A program made the translations under genes and the position numbers. Below the pieces are notes generated by a model, which saw only the letters and a list, made by a program, of their open reading frames with translations, was not told the origin of the DNA and made no database searches. From assembly GCA_030141605.1 (NCBI GenBank), contig JAQGDQ010001048.1, positions 1-64,000 on the forward strand: a stretch of DNA of 64,000 nucleotides, read 5' to 3'. Shown here piece by piece: positions 26,805 through 40,682 of this stretch (the stretch's first letter is position 1; the number at the start of each line of letters is the position of its first letter). The DNA is from Tubiluchus corallicola. Lineage: Eukaryota > Animalia > Priapulida.

Positions 26805-28846
26805 TGTGTCTGGCGCGAAGTAAACAAGCAGTAGAGCAGATTGATTGATGATTCACGAACAATTTCTCTATCGCCCGCTAGAGACCGCCACGTACTTATA
26901 CCTGCAAAAATTGTCTAGTAAAAACTAATCATAAGCCTGGATCTTCTATGGGGTGTTACATTATCAAGTTATATAACCTTATGCTGAAAGACACCTTGCA
27001 AAATAATGATGCCAGCCAATTTGAGCTGAAGCAGTGTAAGTTTTTATTAACTAACACTGATTGATTATCTCTGTAAAGTTTTTATCAGTGATTATCAATG
27101 TTTTAATGACAAATAAAGATTATTATATGCAATAGTGGAGCCATTGAGAACCTAAAATTGAAATTGAGTTCAAAATTAATTATAGTAGGGAAGACTCGTA
27201 CGTCTCAGACAGCTTACAATCTGGTGGACGGTCGCTAAATTCGAGCCCCTATTCAAAAACTTTGTGAGTGAATCAAACTCATTGGCCTGGAAATTCATCC
27301 TAAATCGTTCCTGTCGCGACGCATAGGTCGTGAGTTCAATTCTAGGTTTTGTAGTTATTTTTCATTTTTATATTTTGATTAACATTACAGTTTTGTTGCT
27401 TCAAAATTTTCTTTTACTTTAAATATATTTAGTTTGCTTAATATTTCCTGTTGCTCATAAATAATCTGTACATGTCGATCTGTAGGTCTTACATCACCTG
27501 GCTTGATCACCTGACCTGATATGCATCAGCTGTTAACTGGCTTCTTTGTAAAGTTTATATAAGCTATGAGGTTCTGACTATTTGACACGTGTCAGTTTGA
27601 TAGTCCACATGTACCTGTCGGAAAATCCGCTTTAAACCAAACCTGGCTTCTTTGGTGGCCTTACAATATTATTTAGATCGTATGCTTCGTTCATGCATGT
27701 GTAACCATGCGTTTAGTTAACCTTGACTAGAAAAAGGAAGTGTCACCTCTGATCGGTGACCACTTATCAGCAGGTACCACAAAGGGTGGTCCCTTTTTTT
27801 CTTGTTTTTTATGCAGGCCTGTATGTGAGATTACTCATTTAAAGTGCTGTGAATTATGTGATTATTTTTGCTATGATTTGTAACTTAATTTGAAATGTAA
27901 AGTGTAACAGTTAAATTTAAATTTTGTTAATAAAGTGCATTATTAGCGTGGCCACAATTTTTACAAATCGTTATATTTCTCTAATGACTATTTTTGACTG
28001 GATTATTTTCACGGCACATTTAATGCAAAATCACAGGTAAGAGCAAATCAATCAATACCCACTAAGGTTTAAGCGTAATGCAACCTTTCTGACTGTAATA
28101 AGTTAATAGTGCACGATCAGGACAGGCTCTCTCCCTCTCTATAAAGCTATTTGGCATCAAATTCAATTTTTTTTATAGTAGCTTTTTGCTTATAATGTTT
28201 TTTTTGTGATATCTATTATGTTTTTTCCTGTGCAGTAATTGTGATAAAATCGTGTATATGTTTAGTTATTGTGAAGTGAAATCATAAAAGTTAAGTGACA
28301 TTATTGTGACAATAAAGATTTTGTTAGCCATGGCTTATATATTAAATTATCTTCAATTTTAATTTTGTTTTTACTCATTGCTGAGATTAAATCTGCTGAA
28401 ACATTAAAATGATAAATTATGCAGGTTAAATACACACAATGAACTACTACATTCTGCTAAGCGTTATGCATGGTTTATTCTGAAATATAAAAACAGTTTA
28501 ATAAGGTTTACATGTTCTCTTTTTCTTTATGTTCCTAGATTAATCCGGACATTGTCGTCATTATCCCACCTTCAGTCCTTCCTAATAGCTCTCCCACCTT
28601 TCTATATTTTCTGCCTTCAAAATTAGAAACGTCAAAACTGTAATTAATTTTAATACGGCATTTTCATCTCAAGAAAGACCAAAAACACTTAAAAATGTAG
28701 CTAAAACGCCCGTGTAATTTTAGACATGGCAAATAATCTGTTCGCATCGACAGCTTTACAAAAATCACAAAACTTTGTGAGAGCAAAGGTTACTTGAATA
28801 AGTACAGTCATTAATTAAAAACTAAAAAATGCATGATACGACTCAC

Positions 28847-29000
28847 CTAGCAGCCAGCACACAGCCTAGTGTCTTGTGCTCATTTTCAACCTTCTCAGTA
28901 GCTACCTAGATGGCGAATGCAGAAAGAACAGGGCTGTAAATTCTTCTGGCTAGATGGTTTATGTCCGCTGGAGGTTTACGTTAACTCCTCGAGTATCTCT
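28847..29000 (-). other. Candidate non-coding 5' exon of Unc-76 (5' boundary approximate)
   Basis: Strong donor TAG|GTGAGT at 28846, upstream of the acceptor at about 26902, in non-repetitive sequence. Confidence 0.35.
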
Positions 29001-29768
29001 TAACGTACTGATTAAACTACAACATCGTGGCGGCTATGTAACTACAAAGTGACCATCGAGGGTTAAGAAAATTACGGATATTTTATAACTCCTGTAGGAG
29101 CTCACGTGAAAAGCTACCCGACTCAGACCTTGTAGAGATCAATAGTATAAAATGTCAGACAATAGACAACTAGCAATGCAAACCCAAGTGCATAAAGGTG
29201 AAATTATGAAAGAATGAACGCATGATCAAACGAACGAAAGGATAAGTGAATAACGAGTAGTCTAAGACTTAGTAAAATAATTTCATAACAACAAAAAGAA
29301 AGTTTATCTTGTACTGCTTAAAGGGAAAATCGACAATACTTTGTTATCAGATTTTTATTTCAGTTCTTGTTTCAGTTTTTATTTCAGTTCAGTTTTATTT
29401 CAGTTATTTTCAGTTTGATTTTTTTTATTATGCACTTATTATTACTGTGTATATTATTATAATTGTACTAACACGTTATAAGCATATCAATTTAATGTCA
29501 TTCGTAACAAGTAAATTAACATATTCGTAAAATTGTACTAACACGTTATAAGCATATCAATTTAATGTCATTCGTAACAATTAAATCTTTATTATAAGCA
29601 GTACTAACACTAATACACTGTAGCATAGCGCCTATAAAAAATGTTTATCACTAACCAAAGGGCAGCTGACTAGATGACCAATTGGTCTTTCGGTGCCCTT
29701 TCTTCACATTTTTGTTTCCAAATTAATTGTCTTATAACTGTGCGTGTGTTACAAGATAAATAAAAAAG

Positions 29769-29769
<1 letters not shown>

Positions 29770-29816
<47 letters not shown>

Positions 29817-29922
29817 GTTATTATTATTGTTATTGTTATTATTATTGTTATTGTTATTGTTATTGTTATTGTTATTGTTATTGTTATTGTTATTGTTATT
29901 GCTATTGTTATTGTTATTGTTA

Positions 29923-29991
<69 letters not shown>

Positions 29992-30242
29992 TTATTGTTA
30001 TTGTTATTGTTATTATTATTATTATTATTATTGTTATTGTTATTGTTATTGTTATTGTTATTGTTATTGTTATTGTTATTGTTATTGTTATTGTTATTTT
30101 TATTGTTATTGTTATTGTTATTGTTATTGTTATTGTTATTGTTATTTTTATTGTTATTGTTATTGTTATTGTTATTGTTATTGTTATTGTTATTGTTATT
30201 GTTATTGTTATTGTTATTGTTATTGTTATTATTATTATTATT
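29770..30242. repeat. (TTA)n/(TTATTG)n microsatellite
   Basis: Direct reading. Confidence 0.98.
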
Positions 30243-30946
30243 TAATTTCTTCAAAGACAGTTTAAAATTGTATGTCCTAATATTGTCAGTCAAACATTTT
30301 TAATTACTTATTTAATAGTCGTTTATCACCGGTTTAAATTAATAAGCTAATGATTTTTGCGGTGTAATCAGCCTATTCACAGTTTCGTTGTACGCACGCG
30401 CTGTTGCTGTAGGTCAAAGGTTAAGGTCGTCTTACTACAACCGTCACGTTACATATGTGTAAATCATGATGATGATAAATCTTTTTACACCTCTATTTGC
30501 AGGCTGAATACATCAGTATTAATGTAGGTACAGCAAAGTCGTCTGTCACATCATTTCAGTAACTTCAGTTCTTTTACGTGTGCTTTACTTATTTATGCAT
30601 TCATCTGCGAGTAGAGTGATTTAGAAAGATTTTGCTTAGAAACGAAAGAAATGAACTAGGTAAGGTTCTGCCTAGCTGTTAAAACTGTTACTATTTCAAC
30701 AGCATGGGCTGTAATGCGTTGTGAAGTGTACACAAATGTGCTGTCTGATGCAGTTGCACCAGGTGCAACTAGAACGTTTTTTCCACATGCTGTTTCGTCA
30801 AAATTTCGAAAAAAATCACTGATAATATTTGTTATTATAGTGTTTCAAGGGAGTGGTAAAGTACGTTATAATTGCTGTGGAATGTATAAAAGTTAAATAA
30901 CTGTTATATTATATGAAAATATAATGGTAAATAACCAAATTTAATA

Positions 30947-31043
30947 TTAAGTAAGTAAGTAGGTAGGTAGGTAGGTAGGTAGGTAGGTAGGTAGGTAGGT
31001 AAGTAAGTAAAGTAAGTAAAAGTAAGTAAGTAAAAGTAAAAGT
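30947..31043. repeat. (TAAG)n/(TAGG)n microsatellite
   Basis: Direct reading. Confidence 0.9.
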
Positions 31044-31199
31044 CGCCACGGACTCCATTAAGCCAAATTCTTTCAGCTCAGGTTAATTTTGCTCTCGTAG
31101 TTAACAACGCACTTTCATAATACCGCCGCTAGATGCCGCCACAATGTAATTAGTGAAATGAATTTTAGGAGCTAGTGTATAGTTGGGGTTTTAACAATT

Positions 31200-31880
31200 A
31201 CTCAGGAAAAGCAGATCGACACATTTTATGGAAATCTTCTAAGGAAAGTTTTAAAGATAAGATGGCCATACATAATCAAAAATGAAGATTTATTCACTAG
31301 GACGAAAGAAATTTCTTGCAATTCAAAAAAGTAAAGATCCGAATATGAAGATGGCTAGAGCATCTTCCAAGAATTTCAAATGAAGCACTAGCAAGAATCA
31401 CCTTAAAGAAAGCCTTAAAACCTTGCAAGAAAACCGCCTAGTAAACCTAAAACAACTTGGATGGCTAAGATGGATAAGTAAGTTTAAAGGAAGACAGGAT
31501 GATTTTTTATATACCATATCATTTTCAAGTCCGATAAAAAGTATACATTTTAACACGATTACTACTGCAAAAGCGTTTCTGATAATTAAATAATAGATTA
31601 AAAAGTTAATTTACAGCGGGCGAGACCAACTATTGATGACATCACAAAATAACATAATTTTCAACAGCAAAAATATTTCACGAGCGTGTTGCACGTGTTT
31701 GTTAAAGCGAAAATTGAAGTACAGCGCTACTGTAAGATATTCAGTGTGCTGTACTAGAATTAGGCAAGTAGAAGAACTTACCCTGTTAGCTACAGATAGA
31801 AGTGGGTGGAATACTCTAATAAATGTTGATGCTTCAATGCCTACAATACGTGGAATGAGACTTCGACGAAAGTACTAGTA
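31200..31880 (+). mobile_element. Decayed RTE-like LINE 3' fragment interrupted by a MITE (about 31485-31760)
   Basis: Translates NLLRKVLKIRWPYIIKNEDLF...RWLEHL...KPKTTW and, after the insertion, LATDRSGWNTLI. Confidence 0.6.
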
Positions 31881-31917
31881 GATAGAAGAAACACTGGCTT
31901 AGTGAGTTACTAATATA

Positions 31918-32506
31918 CAGGGTGTCTACAAAGTCTCTTTACAGTTTTACAAATTTATTACAAAGGCAGTTGACACGATTTGTTAACTAGATTTATTCAA
32001 ACGTAATTGGTTGTTGTCAAAGTTTTTTTGAACTCATTTAATACACCTCTATATGGGTACCATTAGTTGCACGAAGCACATCAAGACGGTACTTGATTTC
32101 TTGCCATGTTCGCTGTAGCGTAGCCTCATCAATGGTGGCGATGGCATCAGAAATCCCTCCTTCAAGTCAGTAATGTCCCATATCTTTGTTCGATACACGA
32201 TGTCTTTCACATAACCCCATGGATCTCTTCCACACTTAGTTCTGTAGTTTTGCTGAGTCTGCACGTACGATTTTGTCTCAATAAACCACGATACACACTG
32301 TGCCTTCTCATGAGGGGTACGCATTTTTGGGGTTTCAGTTAACAATACCCTTCTACCAACAGGAGACCTACATAAAACGCAAAATTTCAATGTGATCTCA
32401 AACTTAAATAAAAACCGTTAAAAACAAAACAAATCTGTGAAGATATCTTGTCAACTGCCTTTGTAATAAATTTTTGAAATTGTAAAGAAACTTTATAGAC
32501 ACCCTG
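31918..32506 (-). mobile_element. Internally deleted Tc1/mariner element
   Basis: TA TSDs and roughly 55-bp imperfect TIRs (CAGGGTGTCTACAAAG...CTTTATAGACACCCTG). Transposase N-terminus (EKAQCVSWFIETKS..TQ.NYRTK) is fused directly to a C-terminal WGYVKDIVY motif. Confidence 0.88.
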
Positions 32507-33709
32507 TATTGCTGTTAGTATACTTTTTTTGATACAACTAGTTTGTCTAGAAGTTTCTTATGAGTCTGTAATTTATTTGCATAATCAATTTCTCTCGTTT
32601 CTCGACACTAAAATGAGAAATACGTCACTTCGTCTGAATGTGTCTCTTAATTGGGAACAAATCAAGCTAATTTGTTTCGCTTGCAAAATTATTGAAGGTT
32701 AGACGCTATCTAAACTCTTACTAATTGCAGAACAGCTGCTAATTGGATAAGTTCTTATTTGTATTAAATTATTTGCTTTACTAAGTTGTTGGTTGAAAAC
32801 TTGTACATGATTTTAGTCCGCTAGGCAGCGCTGCTACTGTTGTTATAAAAATGGAAAATTATTAGAAAAATGACGAACTAAAATTTAAAATTTCAATTTT
32901 TACATTATTATAATTATGAAAATATTATGTATACGCAAAATATTATACTGAGTGTTGTACAATAGCACTGTACTTGAATTTTCTCATTCGCAAACATGTG
33001 CAACACGCTCATTGAAAATTATGTTCGTTTGTGACGTTATCACTAGCTGGGCTCGTCCGCCGTTAATTAAGTTTTCAATCTAAAGTCTATTAGAACTTTT
33101 ACTTTAAAAGTATGGCAGCAGCTGAAGTCGCTGCTATACTGATAGATTGTGTTTTTTTTATTTTTTTGACAAAATTTTAATGTGTGAGTTTATGAAAACG
33201 TTATTTCTACAATCGATCTGAGATTCGATACTTGGACCTATTGTCGTGGTTGCTTGTATCAATGACCGACGGTATCGCCATCTGCTGACTTCACTGCAAA
33301 ACTAGTGGAAGCCAGAGACTCTTTAACATATGCACCGAAGGCTAGCTGAATTAATTGAAATTACATTTATTATTCTTAAATTACAAAAACCACAGCACAG
33401 ATCTAAATATGAAATCAGATAACCCTATAGGAGCCGTCAGACATGTTTTTCTACGAGTTGGACATTAACATATTTACAGGTGTGTTTTTCAGTGGTACAG
33501 CAACGATTCATAAAGGTTTTAAATAACTAAATGGCTTCATTTATAATGACTAAGAAAGGGAGGAGCTTCATGTAAGTGTAGGAGAAATGTTTCTGTAATT
33601 ATGAAGGGGAAAACTAAATAAAAATGTCAGTTAAATTGTATCAGTGAACGACTGTAACACGAGTTCAACTTTTCAAGTCTAAATCATTTTACCAATCAGC
33701 AGCGTCTTT

Positions 33710-33947
33710 GTTACCTAGGAAGTGCAAGGCGATACAGCATCTTGGTTACCTAGGAAGTGCAAGGCGATACAGCGTCTTGGTTACCTAAAAAGTGCAAGGC
33801 GATACAGCATCTTGGTACCTAGGAAGTGCAAGGCGATACAGCGTCTTGGTTACCTAGGAAGTGCAAGGCGATACAGCGTCTTGGTTACCTAGGAAGTGCA
33901 AGGCGATACAGCATCTTGGTTACCTAGGAAATGCAAGGCGATACAGC
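33710..33947. repeat. 35-bp minisatellite, about 6.7 copies
   Basis: Unit GTTACCTAGGAAGTGCAAGGCGATACAGCGTCTTG. Confidence 0.95.
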
Positions 33948-34551
33948 AACCTCAATAACGTAATGGAGACAAATTTGTCAACTGCAAGAAATCTACACCA
34001 AACTCTATCTAGGCTCAAATAATTTGTACCAAATTGGCTTAGTTTTTTCCACTCAGAGTAATAAATACGAAAGATTAGGTATCATAGTGTCATAGTGAAG
34101 CAATTTCTGTAATTGTGAGCAATTGTAATGGAAGAATTTGTGATGTAGTTGTGACTGCAATGTTACTACCTATCAGACTTCTTGCAGAATCTTTTTACTA
34201 TTTTCGCCCCCATCGAGCCGATTGGCATTATAAAGACGACACAGAAGCGAATAGATTTCACTTTGAAGCATATGCAAGCGATGTTTTCTATCTATCCTAT
34301 TTGCAAACAGTGCCCATTGTCTACAGGCAGCGTCTACACTGATCCGTCTAGGCGATCCGGTTCTTTAGTAGATCCAGCATTTGTGAAATGTAACGAAGTG
34401 CATCGTAAGAAACGGAAATAACTGCGGATGTGACAAAATTGCGTTCAGTTTCCTTTTCCGTCTTGATCGAGGAATTCCAGGAAGCTTTAAACAATGGAGT
34501 AGATAATGGACAAACCTCTTTGCTGTAACTGTATTTAACATTATATTATAA

Positions 34552-35093
34552 CATGGGTTCCCAACCTCAAGGTAGCGGCCCCTGTCGGGCTAATCCACAA
34601 ACTATTTTTTTAAAAAATGCTGTTTCCATGAAAATATGCAAGTATTTCTTGTTTTCTTAGTCTCTCATTACGTAATTTTATTCTGGAAAGTGAAACTGGG
34701 TTTTCGCGCTCTAAATGTGGTATATCACTGCCTGATTTTCCGGGAAAATGAAAATGCGCGTTGTTCTGTACAGTGTACACTGTCCGAAAGCCGTCGCTAT
34801 TCATTTTACGTCGGATCTTCTTAGATGCCTATCGCATTGCGTTACTGGTCCCAGAAAAACAGGCACAACCATCACATGAATGGATTAATGAATCATTCAT
34901 TGCTCAATAATTTGTTGAACAGTAAATCACTCATTGCTCAATAATTTGTTGAACAGTAAGTTAAAATTAATAAATGCGAACGATAATGATGTGTAAGTAA
35001 TAGTATAATATGTGATTATGTTCTTCGTGGGGTCGCGATATGATGCAGGGTTCTAGAAAGGGGTCGCCATCATCAGAAGGTTGAGAACCATTG
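34552..35093. mobile_element. hAT-like MITE in the 3' flank of the knottin gene
   Basis: CATGGGTTCCCAACCT...GGGGTCGC...AGGTTGAGAACCATTG termini, degenerate TSD. Confidence 0.6.
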
Positions 35094-35187
35094 TTTTATG
35101 ACAATTTCATTGTCTACACAAGTTAATGACTCTGATGCAAACTTTTCACTAAGATCGAGTGGGTTGGTTACTCTCTAACGTAACATC

Positions 35188-35392
35188 TCATTTTCCCCAT
35201 AAGCTGATGACCTTGCGAATGCATTTGCAATTTTGTCCCCACAAGTTACATTTGCAAGTGTTTCCATAACAGCAGTCATCTACGCTGATGCTGCACCTGT
35301 CCATGCGTCGTTTGCACCTGTATTTTCGCTCTCTAACGTAGTACCGACTGTATTTACGAGGTTTGTAGTAAGAGGGCGTGTAAGATCGTCTC
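35188..35392 (-). CDS. ALP: Agatoxin-like knottin (U8-agatoxin/ALP-type) mature-peptide exon
   Basis: TTTTCTTCTTACAG|G then RRSYTPSYYKPRKYSRYYVRERKYRCKRRMDRCSISVDDCCYGNTCKCNLWGQNCKCIRKVISLWGK*. Framework C-x6-C-x6-CC-x4-C-x-C-x6-C-x-C, the CNLWGxNC motif and a terminal WGK amidation signal are typical of arthropod agatoxin-like peptides. Confidence 0.92.
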
Positions 35393-37106
35393 CTGTAAGA
35401 AGAAAATGAGACATTTTTTAGAAATGAGATGCACTTACGTTGATGTAAGCTTGTAATAAACCTTTTCACAGTTGCAGTGATTGATGATGATCGTGAAGTG
35501 GTCAAAGGTTAAGTGTACCAGACAACGTATTTTTGTACGCTTGACAACGCCTCCCAGCCCATGCCATTGTAATAGTAACAATTTTAACAGCTAGCTAGAA
35601 CCTTTCCTAGCTCATTTTTTCTTGCTGCCAAGTAAGGTCTTGCTAGTAAATCACTCTGCGCACAAACTAATGCATAATTAAGTAAGTAAAACAACTAAAG
35701 CTGATGCATCAGACGGCTTTGTTTTACCCATAAGTCACGTAACATGTTGCTGTTATACACTTAACCTTTGAACTAAAAAAATTGCGCATGCGCACAACGA
35801 AACTGTTTGAGGGGCGTCACATAAAAAATTCTTATTCTCCACGGAAAATGTGTATAACTTAAAAAGTTCCACATAACAAAAAGAGTGCAAACTATTACAC
35901 AACAAACAGTTGCGCAGCCCGCTTGAATATAAGCGCTACGCAAACATACGTAATTAATAATGACAACGTAGAAAATAGGTTAATATTGTTTCTAATACAC
36001 CACAAGTAATTGTCCAAGCTGCTCACTACATAAACAATCAAAAATTTCCAATTTGGGCGGGACTAAACTATCAACCTACTGCATCGTAAAGAGATGCGCC
36101 TCCGATTCTAAACTTCTACCATATCTAGCAGTTGGCAGACGTAGGGCTGTGAGAGAGGAATATAGCAGTTTCTGTATTCTTCCCGTTAAAAAACCTTGTA
36201 TTCACGTGCACTGATAGTTCAGTGAGGTGACATTTTGAAGCGGAAACGTCTCAAATTAGTCGAGTGTTCTGTACAGGAAACATGTCATAATTCTGGGATT
36301 TTGTTTCTTTTTTATTTCTTAGTAGCGAGCAACGACGTGAGTGAACAGGAAAGAGAATTAAAAGCACGAGAGAAAGAGAATGACTCGACGAAGCACAAGT
36401 AAACCCTCCACTTACACAAAGCTTAAAACATCGTCTTGAAATTTTACAACACTTAAGTATTGACTTTTTGCATGCAGGGCTTGCATCGGCAGTAACACTG
36501 TATAAATCTTGTAAATTTATACGGATGACCGTTAGACGCAGCCATTTTGACAATGAGTCATTTGAAACAAGTTTAGATAAAACTGAGTAAAGTTTGAAAA
36601 AAATCAGAGCATTCGTAATGCGTGTTACTAACTAAATAAGGTTTTAATAATTGTATCTTGGCAGTAAGATTAAAAATATTTTTTTGGTTAGTGAGTGGCG
36701 CACCCTGGAAGGTGAGTCAGCGACATTTTACTAATTGGCACGAACATTTTAAATTATTTCTAGTTACATAACTCTTTCTAACAGGTAAGCGAAAAGCTAA
36801 GTAATATAACTGCATGGAAAGTTTTTCGGGACATAATTTAACATTCCTTTCTTCCTTTGATTTACGTTGTGCGTATATGACGTCATGTAATGGCGCCGTC
36901 GGAACAGTATTGCGGGAAACTTAAAATGAAAACAAACAAAAAATCCTTTCAACGCGAGCACGGTATATGCATAAAAAAGCTGTAATGTAGTATAATTTTT
37001 TAAGGCGATTTTTGTGAAACCTACTTCAGGTGCCCCTTTTCTTGTCCTTAATGTTTTTGAATATCAATAAATCAATTTTGAATGTTGATAAATGAATTTT
37101 TAATAT

Positions 37107-37455
37107 TGTTACGGAGGCACCTGTGTCGGGTCAGGTGTAGGGCCCTCTACACGCCCTGCTTCCAGATCAGCAGCGACTCACCCCTTTCTTGTAGGTCCAG
37201 ACGTCTTGTTTGGGCCTACACGTGGTGTGAGAAGCCAGCTGACCTGGAATGCCAGTATAAAAGCGTGTAGAGGTCACTACAACCTTGATTTCTGACACAG
37301 GTGTTCCTCGGGTGTAGTGCTGTTACTGAGTTAGTTAGTTATTTTTTTGTGCACGTGTATTTTGTTCCCTATTTTTATTAGTGCTGTTAATAAACTCCGT
37401 ACAGTGTAGTTTTTGTGTATTTTATTTTATGAGAGTTAAATGACATGCTATAACA
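37107..37455 (+). mobile_element. Solo LTR (Ty3/gypsy-like)
   Basis: TGTTA...TAACA inverted ends, TATAAAA at about 37256, AATAAA at about 37389. TSD not clean. Confidence 0.65.
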
Positions 37456-38254
37456 GGTATATGGTACTAGTTTACAGGCATTAACTTAGTTAATTAGCAT
37501 AACATTTGTAATTAACATTAACATTTGTAATTAAGTATCGGTTACACAACGATAGTAAAATGGATCTTCATGATGCACAATATCAAGACCGCCATGCCAT
37601 CTTGGAGTTCGACCCCCTGAGTCGAATTCAGTCCAATATTAATAAATCAATTTTGACTTATTCATATTTTGACGTTGACTTATTGACAAATGATGATATA
37701 AGAATCATGCATATATTTATATTAATAAATCATTTATCAATATTCAAATTTGGTTATTAATATAATATAAATGATTTATTAGTATTAGAAAAACATAAAA
37801 TTATGTTTTGACGTTCCGTTAAGAAGAATAAAAGAAACTTGAGAAAAACATTAAAGTATAACGAGAAAAAACTCAGGAAAAGTGCAAGAAAAAGCAAAAG
37901 AAAGGGAAAGTAAGAAACGAGAAGGTGGAAAAGATTGTAGAAAGCAAGAAAAAGAGAGGCACAAGCAAAAAAAGGCAAGGGGAAAGAGAAAAAGGAGAAA
38001 AGAAGAAAGAGGAAAGGACGAAAGAGGCAAGAAAAAAAGAAAACAAAGCAAGGAAAGAAAATGATTGCATAAACAAATCAAGAATTTAAGAAAGAAAGAG
38101 TTAATAAACATCAATAAAGAAAAAAGGAAAAGAGCAAAGAAAAAAACAAGGTGGAAAAACTAAAAAAAGAAGAAAGAAAGTAAAAAGTTATGAAAAAGGG
38201 AAGGAGAACAAGAAAAGCAAGAGCAGGAAATGAGTGAACAAGACAAATCAAGTT

Positions 38255-38560
38255 GATAATGACGATGATAATAATGACGATGATGACGATGACGATGGTT
38301 CCGAAGATGATCATGACTATGATGATGATAATGACAAAGACGGTGATGATGGTGATGATGATAATTATGATGACGATGACGATGATGATAATGACAAAGG
38401 TGGTGATGATGACGGTGATGATGGTGATGATGATGATTATGATGACGATGCGATGATGATGATGACGATGATGATGATGATGACGATGACAATGATGATG
38501 ACGATGATGATGATAACGACGACGACGATGATGATGATGATGATGACGATGATGATGATC
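38255..38560. repeat. Degenerate (GAT)n microsatellite after an A/G-rich tract
   Basis: Direct reading. Confidence 0.95.
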
Positions 38561-39408
38561 ATCATAATCAAAAATCTTTATTTTATACATAATAAGAAGA
38601 TGAAAGACATAATGCATAAAGTTTTTTTGATGAAATCTTCATTGTTTTATAGTAGATGGCGCGTCAATCACTGCTTGTCACAAACCTGCAGGTTTACCTA
38701 TTGGTTTTTGCGCTGATTGTTGAAATGCGCTGCAGAGTTTTCACAAAATCTTGCTTCTGCTTTAGCGTTGGAGGCTGCAGAGTAAACACTTTTTCAACAA
38801 AAAAATTGTGACTGTAAATTGTCCGCAAGGGTTTTACGAAATGCGAGTATTAACACACTAGAGAGCTTTCCGAATTTCTGATTTACTCATAAAAACTTTC
38901 TGATGTTCGAATTTACGTGTTTATTATTGCCATAAGGCTGCCGACTTGGCAAAATTCCAAGCGATCCTGCTTATACCTCTGAAAAGTGCGTCTCTGACGT
39001 TAAATTGTAGTAATTTTCTGACTATTTTTCTTCGTCTCTGGCAGATGAGATCTATCACCGACCGTAAGTGAAATGGAAAAAATTTGAGCTAAAGAAAAGA
39101 AGCGAGGAACTATAATATAGCTCCTCGGGTGAAAGGGAAAAGCTAAAATTGTGCAAATGCCGCGACTTTATGCAGTGATTATTGAACTTAGAACCTAATA
39201 TGAATTTTCAGAATTGGCCCCCTAGTGGTAAAAATATGAATTATCTTTTGTGTGCAGTTGATTTTGCTTCACTGCATCGCTACTGGTACGTAAACAAAAA
39301 CTGATTCATGATTTGATTCTATTTTCTATGAAATTGCAACGAAATTATAAAATCTCATTATTGTTGACAGGTAAGTTGGATCATAAATACGATAATAAGC
39401 TTACTTAC

Positions 39409-39435
39409 TCAGATACAGCATACAAATCACTATAC
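39409..39435 (-). CDS. ALP: Agatoxin-like knottin prepropeptide, 27-nt micro-exon (probably alternative)
   Basis: CTGCAAG|G TAT AGT GAT TTG TAT GCT GTA TCT GA|GTAAGT = YSDLYAVS(E). Symmetric phase 2 to 2, perfect donor, weak AAG acceptor. Confidence 0.55.
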
Positions 39436-39449
39436 CTTGCAGGCAACAC

Positions 39450-39455
39450 GATGAT

Positions 39456-39544
<89 letters not shown>

Positions 39545-39734
39545 GGTGATGAAGGTGATAATGATGACGATGATGACAATGACGAAGACAGTGACGATGA
39601 CGACGATGTTGTTGATGACGACGACGACGACGACGACGACTATGATGGTGATGATGATGGTGATGGTGATGGTGATGACGGTGACGATGACAATGACGAA
39701 GACAGTGACGACGATGACGACGACGACTATGATG

Positions 39735-39795
<61 letters not shown>

Positions 39796-39923
39796 CGATG
39801 GCGGTGACGATGACAATGACGATGACAATGATGATGATGAAGCGGATGACGATGACGACGGCGACGATGATGATGATGATGGTGGTGGTGGTGGTGGTGG
39901 TGGTGATGATGATGATGACGATG
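39450..39923. repeat. (GAT/GAC/GGT)n microsatellite
   Basis: Direct reading. Confidence 0.95.
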
Positions 39924-40067
39924 GGGATTATACATTTATATATATATATATATATAACAACATATATATATAGTTGTTATCATGAACCACGTTATCGTCG
40001 CCATCATCATCATGATCACTAATGTTGTCATTAAGAACAAAAAAACGTATAAATCAGTCACACTTAC

Positions 40068-40122
40068 TTTGGCGTATTATGTAAAAAGGCCTGAAGCGCC
40101 GTGTCTTCGTCATAAAGAACAT
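40068..40122 (-). CDS. ALP: Agatoxin-like knottin prepropeptide, propeptide exon
   Basis: TTTTTCTTTTTCAG|AT then VLYDEDTALQAFLHNTP, then AA|GTAAGT. Strong splice sites, phase 1 to 2. Acidic-then-helical propeptide like that of agatoxin-like precursors. Confidence 0.8.
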
Positions 40123-40682
40123 CTGAAAAAGAAAAATTCGTGTCAGAAGCACCTGTTACAAAAATCTGCAGTATAAACTCATTAAGATGCACGAAACAGC
40201 GAGAACAACTGTAGCAGGAGCAGCAACGACAACAATGAACTGCATTTGTGAAAACTTACTGCAAGAAAAACAATAACAAAAAGGCACGCACAATAACAGC
40301 AACAACGACAACTACAGCGCCAAGACAACAAAAATAAAAGCAACTGCGTCAATGACAGCGGCTGGCACAGTAACAGCGACGGCGACAGAAGCAATAACAC
40401 ACAGTCACTTCCGTCACTGACTGCAACACTCAAAAAATCAATAACTCAATAGCACATTGGTTTCAATGACTAACAACTACAAAATCTCAGCTCTTCACAA
40501 AGAAGCCAGTTGAGGAAAGGAGTCAGTTTCAAAATGCAATTTGATTGTCTAGTCGCCAGAGTGACAAAAGACTTGAAAATGAAAACAGTTCAATATCCTG
40601 CAAACTTCAGCTAACATCGCCAAATAAAGACAGAGAATTGTTTTTCTGAATGTTTCTGCGAGCTCTAATCCAATGCTGGCCA

